Source: Antedon mediterranea (lineage: Eukaryota; Animalia; Echinodermata). From it: 64,000 nt of DNA. The notes under the pieces were generated by a model that saw only the letters and a program-made list of their open reading frames with translations, made no database searches and was not told the origin of the DNA. The stretch spans positions 20,912,871 to 20,976,870 of the forward strand of contig NC_092676.1 of NCBI RefSeq assembly GCF_964355755.1, read 5' to 3'. Positions 1 to 14,825 of the stretch are shown here, one piece after another (the stretch's first letter is position 1; every line of letters starts with the position of its first letter). Made by a program: the position numbers and the translations under genes.

Positions 1-577
1 AATTTAGATGTTATCTTTTTTGAGTTTGGGTAAAATGATACAGTATAAACGGAAATAGGATTACCCCCTCTACAACCCAGCAGCACACAAGATCTGAGAG
101 ACGTTCTATTATTCTTATTGTGTTTTTTATCATGTAAATTTCACAGAACCAACAGCTTTACATCCTTTCAAAAGGCTGATGTAACAGAAATAAATCTTGC
201 CAAATTGGCATTGATGCAGTTCTTTTTACATACCTTTTTACATACCATCTTGCACTTTATTTCCGTTGCTTTTATAATGACTTTACCATGCTAGTGATTT
301 GATGGATATAACATTTTTAACCGAGTTAATACAATGCATAATTTGTTTTCTAAGGTCAATATAAACATTCTCATATTCAATCAAACAAATTATAGTTCTA
401 GTTTTTTTGGTTACCCATACAATTTTTACAGTTGGACATTTAAAATTATATGAAAGCTAACTTACAGATTTTGGGAATAACAGGGATGGCATTTGATTGC
501 AAATCTTTTTATTATCTTAATGTACAATCATATTTTCAAATTTAAAAAAACTAATTTATATATTTGTTTATTTTTAG

Positions 578-663
578 CAACACCAAGAAATGGCCAACAT
601 GAGAAAATCCTTACAAACAATGCTTTTCTGAGAGGATTGCTCCAAAGAAAGAAAGGAAAGATT
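578..663 (+). CDS. Possible orphan internal coding exon (xTPRNGQHEKILTNNAFLRGLLQRKKGKI) of an unidentified gene
   Basis: Polypyrimidine tract ending TTTTTAG at 571-577 and GTAAGT donor at 664; only one frame is open across the 86 nt; no recognisable homology. Confidence 0.3.
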
Positions 664-672
664 GTAAGTAGA

Positions 673-1615
673 CCAGTCATCCTCGTTCATTCATCTGGTC
701 ATCAACCATCTTTCGTTCATCTGGTCATCAACCATCGTCTTTTATTCATCTGGTCATCAGCCATCTTCTTTCATTAATCTGGTCATCAGCCATCTTTTAT
801 TCATCTGGTCATCACCCATCCTCTTTCATCTGGTCATCAGTCATCCTCTTTCATTCATCTGGTCATCAGTTATCCTTTTTCATTCATCTGGTCATCAGCC
901 ATCTTTGATTCATCTGGTCATCAGCCATCTTTCATTCATCTGGTCATCAGCCATCCTCTTTCATTCAACTGGTCATCAGCCATCTTTCATTCATCTGGTC
1001 ATCAGTCATCCTCTTTCATTCAGCTGGTCATCAGTCATCCTCTTTCATTCAGCTGGTCATCAGTCATCTTTCATTCATCTGGTCATCAGTCATCCTTGTT
1101 CATTCATCTGGTCATCAACCATCTTTCGTTCATCTGGTCATCAACTATCGTCTTTTATTCATTTGGTCATCAGCCATCCTCTTTCATTAATCTGGTCATC
1201 AGCCATCTGTTATTCATCTGGTCATCACCCATCCTCTTTCATCTGGTCATCAGTCATCCTCTTTCATTCATCTGGTCATCAGTTATCCTTTTTCATTCAT
1301 CTGGTCATCAGCCATCTTTCATTCATCTGGTCATCAGCCATCTTTCATTCATCTGGTCATCAGCCATCTTTCATTCATCTGGTCATCAGCCATCTTTCAT
1401 TCATCTGGTCATCAGCCATCCTCTTTCATTCAACTGGTCATCAGCCATCCTCTTTCATTCAGCTGGTCATCAGTCATCCTCTTTCATTCATATGGTCATC
1501 AATCATCCTCTTTCATTCATCTGGTCATCGGCCATCAACTTTCATTCATCTGGTTATCAGCCATCTTTCTTTCAGCTTGTCATCAGCCATCATCTTTTCA
1601 TCTGGTCATCAGTCA
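673..1615. repeat. Minisatellite, 26/29-bp unit TTCATTCATCTGGTCATCAGCCATC(CTC)T, over 30 copies
   Basis: Directly visible tandem array; explains the repetitive ORFs 905-1702 and 1096-1653. Confidence 0.95.
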
Positions 1616-2605
1616 TTATCGTGTTTTCACATTTGCAATTGTGCATTTTTTAATCCTAGTTGTGTTAGTACATTAGTTATGAAGGATTTATGTGTTGTAT
1701 AGTTAAATAAATTTTAAAAGAAATCACCTCTTGTCTAAAAATGTTTTTTTTTTGTGTTAATATTCACATTACACACATATTACAAGAAGAATGTCATTAT
1801 TTTAGTATTTCTTTATTTAAACATTGCTAAACAATGAACATAGATAGAGAATTTGTTTTTTTTCTTTCTTGGGGTTTCATTTGTTGACAAAAACATTAAA
1901 CTACTTGTTTTATTTAAAGAAAACATTGCCAAACGCGGAAGTTTCAAATTGATGTAGTGATCATGTGATTTATATTTTTTCACCTAATTTCTTTCAAACT
2001 CAATTTTGATGGGTAGTTGTTTTCCTTAAACATCATTCAATTTAGTAATAGTTTACTGAAATGTCAATAATTTGAAAATTCAGTGTTTATACTTCAATCA
2101 TTATTTGCATTAACTTTATATTTGTCCCAAATTTCCTGGAATACGTAATTAATTGTACTTTTTATCTTTTTTTTTGCGTGATTCATATCCCATTAATGTT
2201 TTTGAATACAGTTATTAATGAATGTCATGATTGACAATATTAAAAAATAGTTATGAATGCAGTTTGTTTAATGTTGCATACCACAAGTTGAATAATTTTT
2301 AAAAAAATTTTGGTTGACAGGAAGTTTGAATAAAACTTTTTTCGGATGATAATAGTGCGCTTTCACTTTGGGCGGAAATTTAAAATACTAATTAACTTCT
2401 TTAATACTACACTAAATAAAATTGAATGAAAGATATCGTGATTATAGGTATAGATTTTTTTCTAATTACAAGGACTGTGGATAAATTAATCAGATTGACA
2501 ATTTCCAGCAAAAAAATTGATTTTGTTACCAAAATTAGAATTGATTGATTGTTGACATACATCACTTGATGTTATCTTTAAAGTGATGCATCTGTAAGTT
2601 TAATT

Positions 2606-2984
2606 CAGGGAATCTCAACAGGTGGCTCTTGCATCTTTTAGGTGCATTTCATATGACCCATCAATTCAAGAGTGACACAAAGTCAGAAAGTGATTTTAAA
2701 ATCCTGAAAGCCTATGAGATTTCAGGGATTCGCTCCATGGTCCCAGTAACATGTTACACCCATAGTGGTGTAACATGTTGGAATGGAAAAGGCCCCTGGT
2801 TTAGCACTCTTTATTGGCCCTCCGATGCTGGGTTGCATTGGGCTGCTTTTGCTCTGAGGCCCCTTAAGATTTGGGGTTATAGCCAAAGAGCGCTGATAAC
2901 TATTACGCCATGAGCTATGTTCTCTATCTGGCCCGCAAGTAAATTAAAATCTGGCCCATGGTAGAAAAATGTTGAGAACCCCTG
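2606..2984. mobile_element. Non-autonomous hAT (Charlie-like) DNA transposon / MITE
   Basis: TIRs CAGGGAATCTCAAC ... GTTGAGAACCCCTG; 8-bp target site duplication GTTTAATT (2598-2605) / GTTTTATT (2985-2992), 7 of 8 identical. Confidence 0.8.
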
Positions 2985-4209
2985 GTTTTATTGAAGTATT
3001 ATGTTTCACCGAAGATTTATTTGAAAATATAATGAAATACAGTATTATTAAACCTGGATAAATACAGATTTGTTGTGAAGTTACAGTGATTTATTAGTGT
3101 ACAGATTACTTTGGATCAATCACAATCTCATTACATTTGTTATCTTTTAATGGAATCGACAGTAATTGTAAGGAGGACATTGGCATATTGACAAATGTAC
3201 CTCATAAGGAATAACTGGTCTTAAAGATGTAACCAGTAAAAAGGAAAACAATATTGATTGAACAATATTTGAAAGCCTGTTTTTAATTATTTTTGTCCAA
3301 ATAATCTGGCTTCTCACTTATGGATATTGTTGCACATGTAACATTCTAATAAACACACCTGAAGAGTTGACTTTTCTAAACTAAATATTACATGGTTGAT
3401 ATTTGTGTGTAAATCATATTCTTTTAAATTAAAACACATAATGAATGAATATAGAGGACAGTCTTATTAATGGGACAATTATTTTGGTCCTGAAGAAGGT
3501 GTCCTTTTAATAGGTTCTACTGTATCAATATTTAAACTGTAAATAATAATACCCACAATAAACTTATTGTCTTAATATAATTATTGGGAGTATCACTAAA
3601 CAGTGATATCTTTGATTTTGCAGGTAGTTTTAAATTGAGTGCTTAAGGATACCTAAAATAGAATATATTTCTTATTAATTGTTTGTTAAATTTTGTATGA
3701 TAATACTTGGAAATTTAAGTAGATCAGATTAAGTAAGTTTAAGAAAAGAGAAGATGAAGGTCGATGCATGTTTAATAATTTAAGAAAAATGAATTCAACA
3801 AACGAAGATCGTCTACTGTATCTATAATTCGTTAATTTGACAAATTTAAAAATCTATAAAGTATTTAGTCAATTTTAACAATAATCAGACAATTAACAAA
3901 TGTGTTGATTTTGTTTATATTTAAATTCTAAAATTGACTGCTAGAATATACATGAATTCTTTGAAATAATTTGAATGTTAAAGTAGTTGAATGTAATTAA
4001 CAATGTTACGGGTACTGAGTATTTATTAATACCTCCTATGCTATTTGCTTGTAAAATTAATTAGGTTACTGTAACAGTAATCAATGTATTGCTGGTACTG
4101 ATAGTGATTATAGGATACATGACTAGCCAATCACACAATGGTAAAAATAGGTCTGATATAAAGTTTAGGCGTGGCATCATTTTAGTGATGAAGAAAAAGA
4201 GAAACATCT

Positions 4210-4284
4210 TGGTGCTAAATCATGATTTGAACAAGGACCCAAGGATTGGTAAGCAAACATTTTGACTGCCACACTACAGTGCCA
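4210..4284 (-). mobile_element. Degenerate tRNA-derived SINE head (related copy at 10648-10720)
   Basis: Reverse complement GTGGCACTGTAGTGTGG...ATGTTTGCTT...GTTCAAATC has A-box-like and B-box-like motifs and resembles 10648-10720. Confidence 0.45.
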
Positions 4285-4394
4285 CTACAAACAATTTTCC
4301 TTGTTCCCTATAAAGTAGGTTTAAAGTCGGCCTAATAAGGACAATTGTCCTCAATAAAGTCCAAGAATGTGCAAAACATTTAATTTCCTGTGCT

Positions 4395-4630
4395 CCACCC
4401 CTTTCCTTTTGCACCCATTCTCTTCCCTTTACCCTCCTCTTTTCCTTACCATTTTCCTCCTTCCTCTTTCACTTCTTCTTCTTTACTCCTCTTCTCCTCT
4501 TTTTCCCTTCACTTTTTACCACTTTTTCCACTCTTCATACCCTCTTTCTCTCCCTCATATGTTGCGACATCCTCTTTACCCTCCTCTTTCGTTCCTCCTC
4601 TATCTCCCCTCCATTTTTCATCCTATTCTT
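4395..4630. repeat. CT-rich (polypyrimidine) low-complexity tract
   Basis: Almost exclusively C/T on the + strand; source of the spurious F/L/P/S-rich ORFs. Confidence 0.85.
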
Positions 4631-7600
4631 TTAAAACAGACCTGTGTTAGTATAGTAGACACAATTTTATCAAAAAGAAGTTAAAAAGATTTATCAATGG
4701 AAAAAATCATTGAGAAAAGGGTTTGATCATGGTGTTTTCTGGTTGTAGATTGCATGATTAACACTTCTATAAGCATTGAATTTACATGCTGAAGTTGCAC
4801 TTGAAAGCTTAAGGACTCTTTTGTCTGTGGCATTTAGTATGTCCATCTATGGAAACTTCTACATTTTTTATGCTACTTAATTCAAGAGACTAACTGGTGT
4901 GATTTTGCCTTCAACAGACAACACCACAAATTGGCCGTGAATTATTAAATAGAAGATCTCTGAGATTGTTATAATTTTATCCTACTTGTTATGATTAGCA
5001 GTTAATGAGCTTTAATTGAATGGGCAAGTATTGAAACATCATGTCTAAGGCCAACACTTTTATATTAAGGTCTAGAACTTGTGATGTTTCACATCCGACA
5101 AGTAGTAGTTTACTGGCCAATTACAGGATGGGAACTCAAAACTATGCAATTTTCTTATCCAACATTAATATCTCATACTATTTACTATATTAATAATAAT
5201 AATAATATATATTTTAATTTAACATTTAATTTTTAACACTGTTTTTTGTCTGTAGTTTAATTTCTTTCTCCACACGCAAGTTTATAATCCAGCGCTTGGC
5301 AGTGACGTGAACACGTTGGTGGCACTCTTTAAAACAAATGTTCCTGGTTACCACAGTTATTCAGTTAACCATAAAAGAATTTGAAAATGGCACAATAATA
5401 TTATATTATAATCTGTTTATCACAATAACACTTTCATTTTTCTGTTTTGTTGTATTAACTCTTTTATAATGATATAAACATTTTTATCTACGTATGTAAA
5501 TTGGATGTCAACAAGTCCTGATACAATGATATATTATTTTTGTTTCTGTCTTTCCCAAATTTGGAATAATAGATATACAGTACCCCATTCCTTTTGGGCA
5601 CCTTCAGGGGGACATCGCTATTAAGGAGACACCACTTAAGGGGACACTTTCCCATCATAAAAACAAGGGGAATAGAGGCTTTACCGGGTTTATATATTAT
5701 ATATAATAAAATGTGTTTTTAATGTACAGTATATAGTTTTATTATTATTATTTATTAAAATGAACAACTAATGCAAATTAACTAGAAATAAAATTGAATC
5801 GTTAAAAGATAAAAATAATTTATAAAAAATAGTTCAAACAGAAACTAATGTTATTTGAACTCAATGTAGAGGTAAAGTTGGTATTCGTAACACAACTTTA
5901 TACATAATTTATGTAATTACAACAAATCTTAAAGTAAGGTATTATATAGGAGACACTATTCTTCATCTTTGCAATTCAACACTTGGAAAACAAACATGCC
6001 ATCTTTAGAAAGAAGCCAAGTAGTAATTTATAAAAAGTAAAGTTATTCAATGGTTTTATTATCATACATAAAGATGTCTAGTTTTACCCGTTAATTGTAC
6101 TAATGGCTATTAGAGTTGTTGAGATAAATAATCCGCTGTGTTCTCATCAATATTTTACATATTTCACTGAGATTTAATAGGTAAAATATGTAAAAACATA
6201 AACTAAATCCATCAAAATAATGATCAAAGTCATTAATTTAATTCATAAAAAATATAATATAATTTAAACTACATAAAACACATTTAAAGTATCAATCCAG
6301 TGAGATTAAGCGAGAAATGTTTTGATTGTTGTTCGTGGAAAAAATATATTGGAATTGTAATATCCCAATCCTAGCTTGCCAGTTACGGTGATTTGTCATT
6401 ATTTATCTGGGTCAATTAAAGTAGTCTGAATTACAGATCATTTATAAAGATCGGCTTGTTCGTGTATTTTACAGACTCTTGCCAAATTGTTGGCAAAACA
6501 CAATGGTTTATTTTATGTATTTATGCATGCTCATTACAGAAGGCGATGGATTAAACCGAATAACTTTTAGAACGATTGGTTCTCGTTATTTGCGAAAAAT
6601 GCTTTGATTATAGGCCAAGATTTATCATGTGACAACTCATCGAGCATTTATTAGGATTGCATGATAAATATTATACCATGAATCATTATAAGAGTTTAAT
6701 AATATTACTTTCATTACTGAAAACTCAACAATTGTAAACAGTTATATCCATGTTTCAAATTTATATTGTTAATCACTGTTACTGTACTTTTAGCCATCTT
6801 CTTCTGAAGACACATGACCATCATTGACGGATACTTAATATCAGTTGACTTAACTTCTGGTGTACTCAAGATCTATGTAGTATACCATGTTACACACTTA
6901 TTTTTTATTTTTTAGTATAAATTAGTATATGCTATAAACAGTTGACTAATTCAACCACAAGAGAAGTTAATTCTGTTCAGGCATATGCCTATTGCTTGCT
7001 CCTGGCAAGATTGTTCTTGATAGCATGTTGAATAAATATTATTAAAACCATTCCCTCCCCCTCAACCTACTTTCCTTGTTTTTTTTTTCAGTGAACCAGA
7101 CAGCATAAACACTTTTGAACTTTTGGTCATTTTATGATACAATTGTGTTTGTTTCGATTCTGTGAACCAAAATGAAATCAGTAAACAAAAATAACAAAAT
7201 TCTATGTTAACAAAACAGAATTGTGAAGATGAATAAATTCCTGCACAACAAACAAAACTCTAAATCTTTTTTTCACAATCAAATTAAAGTTGTTTTGATT
7301 TCTTTAGGAATGGCAATTGTAACGGTACAATACTTGCGCTTAGTTGTCAACAAGCCATACAAGGTCAGTGTTATAATTTTGAATGAATTCAGTAATTTCA
7401 TTTTTGTATATATTGTAATTTGTGCCTAGCCTACATCTAAATCATATTACCGCTGGACATGACATTGTCATACCCAATCATAATATTTAGTGGGTTGTAT
7501 TTGTCTACTATAAAATATACATAAAGAAAAAATACATTAACTTTTTAAAATGTATTTATTTTGTGAACCAAATAATGTGACTGTAGGCCTGAACAGTTCA

Positions 7601-7759
7601 CCTATGCAATGAAATACCGTGCAAAATGCTGACAGACGAGAACAATGAGGTGTCAAACTTGTGAAAGCACGAGTTTGAGACCTGTTTGTGTCGTTGGGTT
7701 GCCTTCATGGGTTGAAATTTTAAAACATGCGCCTAATCCTCGTACCCTCAGTTCCCGGT

Positions 7760-8088
7760 AAACAATAAGGCTTTATGTTTGTCTGTGAGTGCATACCTCC
7801 GCCTACTGTAAAATTCTCCTACATAAGATTTCATCTGAAAAAAAAAATGTATTTTGAAAATTCTCTTTCAACACTAGCAAGTTAAAATACTAAAAAGTGG
7901 TCCAGAATTGGGACCCTGGTCCAGATTGCCTCTAACATTTAATGGAATGGTCCTTGACCACATATCTATCTATATTTTCAAAGAAAGATCTTGAAGTTGC
8001 AGTAATTTTGTAGGTAATCCTGCTAACAAACAAACAAACAAACAGACACAAGCTACTACATATACAGTACCTTCTTGGCGGAGGTAAA
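7760..8088 (+). mobile_element. Helentron-associated (HINE/DINE-like) non-autonomous element
   Basis: Subterminal inverted repeat ACCTCCGCC (7795-7803) / GGCGGAGGT (8077-8085); internal (AAAC)n microsatellite; 3' hairpin ACCTTCTTGGCGGAGGT. Confidence 0.5.
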
Positions 8089-10647
8089 TAATATGTACTT
8101 TGCTACATAGTACTGTATCATTGATTTTTACTACTATTCAGTACATAAAAACATGTATTAGGTCTAAAATTGTGCCTGCCCTCAAGTCTAAAACTTCAAA
8201 GCTAAATAAATAATTTTTAAAAAAACGTTAGGCCTATATGGATTAACATTATTTGTTTAACATGTGTTTGAATGATGATAATGTGTTTGTAGGATTTAAT
8301 CAAGGTTGTTTTGTACCACGTACACAGTTGTTTGTAGTTATTATTGAAAACATAATTTAAACATTTGATTGTAATTGTTATGTCATTTTATGATACACTT
8401 AATTAGTCTAACTGCTAATTTACATATGAACAATGGAATAGTGGTGTACAGTGGTGTTACTGTATTGGAAAATTGTGATCAACTAAAAAGTGTATAATGA
8501 AGTTATGGCATTTGTATCATTGTTTATTAAACTATTTGTCCTGGTCAGATGCTTGCCCTCTTTAACATAAGAGTACTTTATATATTATTTATAATAGCTT
8601 TTTAACAAAATGTTAATAACTGTGGAATAATTTAGTTTTTTATATCAGATTTTAGCAATTGTCATCTTTACAATGTTTTTTCTTTTAAACTCAGTGTTTT
8701 TATGTAATTTTAAAACTTTTTTTCAACTTCGGCTGCCAACTTACTCGATCGACCCCACGAATATTGGTCCTGTTTCTAATTTTATATTACGAGATATTAA
8801 ATATGTCACATAATCATAATGCAAATTGGGAAGGGTATGTACATTAGAGGAACCATTATTTTGAAATAGTGGGTCCCAGAGCCTAAAAATTAAAAGTGCT
8901 GAACTTAACCAAATGTTCTATTGTATTTTGCTTCCACGGGATTCACCTATATTTTATCAACAATTTACCAATCAGTGTAATATATTTGATAAATCCAATT
9001 TAAAGGTGTATATAGTGCCAAATTGGTTGTAATTTACTTGTTTTTGGACTCAAATACATGATGTACTACTGAATCATTTGCTTTAAAAGACATACTGCAC
9101 CAGAGTAACATATTTCATACAAGGCCTCATCAAAAGATATACAATGTAATGATTACAAATCAACATACAAGAAAATGAAAGGAGTGGTTTCAATAGGACA
9201 GGCTATCAACACTTCTTTTAAGGTCTTTCCAATTCAGATGTTGGAGTGGTTTATGTCAAGAGGGTATGGACATCTAGTAGAAATCTTTAATAATAGATAC
9301 ATTGTCTATTACTGGTTACTACAAGGCCTAAGCTAATCTTTCTTTTCAATTATATGTTTTTTATTAGAAAATTCCCATCTGTTTTCTTTTGGTGTTATAG
9401 CTAAAAATTATTTTAGTATACACATTTTTTGGTCGTATTTAAATTTACCAATGAAGTCTTTAATTAAATTACACTGATGGTTATTTTTGCATTAAATGAT
9501 TGATCGAAATAATTTTTTTATTTATTTTTTTTAACAAATTAAACTTATTTTGATATCCGTAAATAACTATTTTGATACCATTTCATTGTTTTGCTGCACA
9601 ATTTTTGTTTGATTCAAAAAGATTATTTAAAGTTTTAGGTTTATTTCAATAGGTTCACAGATATGCAGTAGGTACAATCTCCATTTAAGGAGACACTTTG
9701 GAATACCCAAAAAAGTGACAGTATTAATAGGGTGTCCCCTGTATAGCGGTTTGGTGTGGTGTATAATACTGTATTTCTCCTTTTACGTTTTACATGAAAG
9801 TACTGTATAGAGGTGTCCCCTTGGAGTTGGTGTGCCCCAAAAAAGTGGTCATGGCTTTTAAAATCGTGCCACTGATGTCATTGCCAAACGATTTAATTAT
9901 TGCGGACCTTAAATTCGTAATGTATTCATGTTTCACACCATGTTATGGTGGCCTCATTTCTGATGCTTAAGAATGTTCCGTATGAATTTCTGTTTTCTGA
10001 GTGTATTAACGAGTCCTGAAAATGCGGTCATGGAATAATATTAAACCTACGAAATAGAATAATTAATAATATAGTATCCCTTAGGTTATAGTATGTTTCT
10101 GTGTTTTATGGTAAAGCTAATTTATTGCTACTAAAAAGCTTATTCAGAGAATAAGATTAGTTGATGAGTGCAGTTCATTAAATTTTATCTGGTGATTAAC
10201 AATTCAATTGATCTATATTGACAAGGTTAATCTCAATTTTGCAATTTCATATTCCAATAAAGATTAGAATTCTTGTCCTAGAAATTAAGAGATAAAACCA
10301 TTTATTTGCATGGATTAAAATAGAAATAGAGGTTAGCACAGTAAGTCCCACACCTTAAATAAAATACAATAACTAATACTAATAATAATGATACACAAAA
10401 GTTTTAAAAATGTTTTATTTTTTTGTATTCATATACCCAACAGCGTTCAATTCCAATTACTGGATAAGACAGGGTGGCGCCAGTTGGATACCAGGGCCCG
10501 TCGGGGAAGCTTGTGTTTCGTTAGTCGAGAGAAAAATGTCTTGCATTAATAATGTAACGTAACTTATATAGGTACCTTCAAACTCTACTGTTTTGGAGGT
10601 GTTTTCTCAGTAATTTTTGGCCATGAGAAATATTAAATATATTTTGA

Positions 10648-10720
10648 TTAGGCAAGGATTTGAACTCATGAACTTGGGGTCACCAAGCAAACATGTTAAC
10701 CACTAACACTGCAGTGCCAC
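10648..10720 (-). mobile_element. Degenerate tRNA-derived SINE head
   Basis: Reverse complement GTGGCACTGCAGTGTTAGTGGTTAACATGTTTGCTTGG...GAGTTCAAATCC contains A and B boxes. Confidence 0.5.
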
Positions 10721-12589
10721 CCTTATTTATCATGATATAATTATTATTCAATATAAATAAACTGTATGTGTATTCGTTTATTCAATTATATATAAAGTGA
10801 ATCATAATTATCTGTACTTCTGAAAATATCATTTTTTCCAACAAACTTCCAACTGGTAAGATGTCATGATTGGGTTTAAATTAGTAGTCTCACACTGCTC
10901 CAAAAAGTAGGATGCCCTGTACAAACCATGAATTGTATAGCGATAGTATTATTTCCAACTGTGACTGGAGACTGTTCAAGTATACATGCAATGCACAGTA
11001 ATATTAACTTGTTGTTTTGTAAGTATTGTTTCATCATGTGTAATATTTTAAGTACATTGCCCTATTCATTAAAATAATATCAGCAGTAAGATGGCTATTA
11101 CTGTTTCACCACACACTACCTGTCCCACTAACCTCTTTCTTTCTTTTATTTACCCACAAATATAAAGTATAAACATTGTAACATAAATAAAACATAATAC
11201 ATCAAGGGAAGGGCTAAACAATATTTAAAACTAATTATAAAGTTCAGCCCCTAAACATTGATATATAAACAGTTTCCAAATATCATGCAACATTTATTAG
11301 AAATTTCTCATATAAACTATATATCAATGGCATTAAAACCATGTGATCAATTGAAAAGAAACTTTACAGAACTGATACTGGGGATTAGGTATGCAGATGG
11401 ACAGTGGGTATGCAGATGGACAGTGAGTATTTTGCCCAATCCATAGTGCAATTGGTTGTGGATTTAAATTAAAGTAAATATATAATAACCGCAATATATA
11501 TTTTGTCAATGTGGTATATTGTTTCAATGAATAAGTAAGTGAAAGTATATTGCCCATTTAAAACAATGTAGGCAGATAATATTGGTTGGTTGGTTGGGCA
11601 ACATTGGTTGACCACATGCTGTTACTAACATCAATCGACCGTGTAAAAAAGTATTGTGCAATATTTTTACAATTTACATAAACAAAACATCAACATTATT
11701 CAACACCAATTTATTTTACCATTTCCTTTCATATGTTTTAAACAAAGTTATTGTTCAAATTTCATATCCTATTTTTGATAATTAATAATTAAAAAAAATA
11801 ATTGTAGTCACTCCCATTTGTAGTGGTAGGCACCAAATGATTATACACTATATTACTGTATATTTTTGAGATGTTACTCAATTTACATTTAACTATTATT
11901 GTTGTTTTAAATATTTGAAATTGTGTATTTGTGATGTTTGTTTTCCACAACATTTAATGACAATACCATAATTCAACAAATACATATATCCTAACAGGTT
12001 TTTTTTTAAACAATTATTAAATTAATAACAAAAAAGACTTTTGAACCTTACGTTTGGTTGGCTTCTTGCCACACCAATGTATAATAGCCGCAAGTGTTTA
12101 TTAACCAGTTCTATTGTTTCCTTTTCCGTGATCTTTTTACCGGGTCATAAACAGTACTTTCTTTGGTTGAATCTTATATTATAATTATTATTAATGGTGA
12201 GGGTGTTGGTGGAGAAGTCTATAGACATACTGTAGGAACTATGATAATATACTAAAAATTGCCGCAGTGAATGCTACTAGCAGATGATCTACTAGGCCTA
12301 CTGTGAACATACAAATGTCCTCAAACCTAATCAACTAATCAAGCATGCTTAAAGATAGCGGAAAGGGGCATCGGATTGCATAATCCATGCCCAAAAATTG
12401 GCTGTCTGGAGGTCCAGCGTTTTAGTGGAAAACAAACTCCAAAAATAGGTTCTGATTCTATTTGTCAAACTATTTATAAAGTTTAAAATATATTAATCAT
12501 AATCATAAAGTTTCTCAGTTTTTCTGAGTTACAAAAAAAATTATATTATATAAACTATCATATTTATTAGTGAACCCAGTGGTCTATAA

Positions 12590-12819
12590 AGCTCTGTCTA
12601 CAATATCAAATTTTATCTGACAAAAAACTGTGTGATGTGCCCATATACGGCCATAAACGGCCATAATGATGTTGTATCACTACCATATTTGCATATTTGG
12701 CCTTATTTCGTGTTCCCAAATATGGTAGTGATATGCCCAAATATGGTGGTGATACAACATCATCATCCCCATATATGGATACATCACACATTTTTTTGTC
12801 AAACTAGTAGACAGAGTTT
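12590..12819. mobile_element. Fold-back MITE, probably PIF/Harbinger (Tourist)-type; partial second copy at about 30957-31048
   Basis: About 60-bp imperfect TIRs (AGCTCTGTCTAC...TGACAAAAAACTGTGTGATGTGCCCATATA and its reverse complement), flanked by TAA/TTA. Confidence 0.7.
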
Positions 12820-12989
12820 TAAAACTAGATGTTGAATGTGACATAGAAGTGATGCCATCAGAACATGTTCTCTTGTGACCGCTGTATATCTGTAGCGTAA
12901 TTATATTTGACCAATGTAGCCACATTGAGCTTTGATTCTGTTGAAGTTCACGATGTGGAAATCGTGTTATTTTATTTATTATTTATTTA

Positions 12990-14311
12990 TCTATATATAA
13001 ATTTACGTAAGGGCAAAATTCGGTAAATCGCGCCTTACTTCTATAATTTTTACTCGATGGTATATAAAGTTGGTTCGTACTTTCGGTACTGATTTTAACC
13101 ACCTGATGTAACCCTGTTTACTAATTAAATTTAGTTAGATAATTAGTTATTGACGATTAAAACGAATTTAGGTTCTAAGATTTGCCCCAAATAGGGGTGT
13201 TTTCCGATCGTGGTATACACTGTATAATGGATGTCCGTCTTGAAAAATACCCGCCACAAAAATGCGAGGAGGCTTCGCATTTTCCTATCTCCTCCTACGA
13301 TAATTGTTTTTAATAGCTGAAAACCGGTTGAACAGCTAGAGTACACCATCATAATGTTGAAGACAGGCCGATTTTCTTTAAAAAATACTATTTTGATAGA
13401 TTTAATATACGATTATACAAATCTATTGATTTGCGATGAATGGAACATCCCAATCTCTCAGTCTGCCAGAGTTTGGTTTAACACAAGTACTGTAGGTAAA
13501 TTTATGAGCCCTTGGTTTAACACATACGGTAGGTAAATATATGGGCCCTTTGAGAATAAACTTGTGAGATTGTGGATAGGCTCTACTGTTAGATATATAA
13601 ACACATTATTATATACAAATAAACTTTATACTGACAGTTCTTTCTCAACGTTTGTATTAATTAATAATTACCAAATATAAACGTCGTAGTGGTGTATCGT
13701 GACATGGTACTTTAATATTTCAATCGATTATGACAGTGACAGTTTTAACTAAACTAAATAAAGAATGTTCTCTAATATAATTAGGAATCTCTTGCCATAC
13801 ACGGGGAAAATTAGTGTACAATGAATATTTAAAAGAAATAAATAAATAAATAAAATAAAAAAAGTATTAAATCGCAAATGTTTTACTGTATTTAGAGGTA
13901 TATTATTTATAGGCCTATAAAACATGAAAAAAATATTTCGTTACTGAGTGGATAAAGAATATATTTAAAAATTGTTCCTCTTTGTACCTATCCGCTTTCC
14001 CATCCCTCAACCCTAATGTTACATACAAAACACAAATTGGGTTTCTTTAAATGAGTCCAAATCAAAAACTTGGACTCATTTTGTGATAAGTTTCTCCTTC
14101 GGAAGTAATTCCCAGGGTGCTAATTTTAGTTGACTACATAAATCATCGTGTCTATTTATTTGTTTCTGTAAACGACAATGTATAGGCCTATAGTCCTGCG
14201 GTACGTACATTTGAAATCGCCAGTTTTGTTACGCTGAAATTACTGTGTATTCGAGAACCATCTGTGGGAACGACCTAGATGGTACGCGAGCGAAGCGAAC
14301 GTACCATCTAG
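12990..14311 (+). mobile_element. Non-autonomous Helitron, copy 1 (complete, 1.3 kb)
   Basis: Starts TC, ends CTAG, inserted between A(12989) and T(14312) with no TSD; 3' GC-rich hairpin; both ends are highly similar to 60976-62533. Confidence 0.9.
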
Positions 14312-14825
14312 TTTTATTAATTTTAGCAACATTAAAACAATACATAAACCTTGAGTGTGCCAAGGAGTGGCAAAAGAGGTCAAAGGACCACTGTCGCCAT
14401 AAGGCGTGCCACACCACCAACATTTCTCATAAGAATTTTGCATATCTTTCTAATATGCATTAATTTAATTCTTATTTATTTATATGATATTTTTCTTTAT
14501 TAATTGAGAGTCACACAACCAAAAATCAGATCATAACAGATGGTTTGATATCATTATGTAGGAGTTATTTTTGTCTATCATTTGCAGTTGGTCAAATGCT
14601 TTAACAATTAAAACATATTAATGTGATGTTTTCACTTTGTCACCTCATTGGTATTACCAACTGTTATTATTCCTTTCTGATACTATACGTTTTCGAACTT
14701 TTTTTTTCAGTTGTCTTGGGTCAATTTGTTTGGTTTATTAGGCTTTTTCCTGGTTTATTTAACAATAACATTTTCTTTCTTTTTAAACTTGTGTTAAACA
14801 GCGCATAGCTGTGAGTGAGCGTAAT

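Noticed and set aside
673-1615. Minus strand repeats CTGATGA...GAAA (hammerhead-like core), and the array superficially resembles CRISPR
   Set aside because: The intervening CCAGATGAAT cannot form helix II and there is no helix I or III; there are no unique spacers and the context is eukaryotic.
905-1702. Long ORFs of 265 aa and 185 aa
   Set aside because: They are translations of a 26/29-bp minisatellite whose + strand has no stop triplet in any frame; the unit is not a multiple of 3 and neither ORF starts at ATG.
4367-4684. Hydrophobic or Pro-rich ORFs
   Set aside because: Translation of a CT-rich low-complexity tract.
13143-14463. Small ORFs inside Helitron copy 1
   Set aside because: No Rep or helicase motifs, and the frames are not consistently preserved in copy 2.
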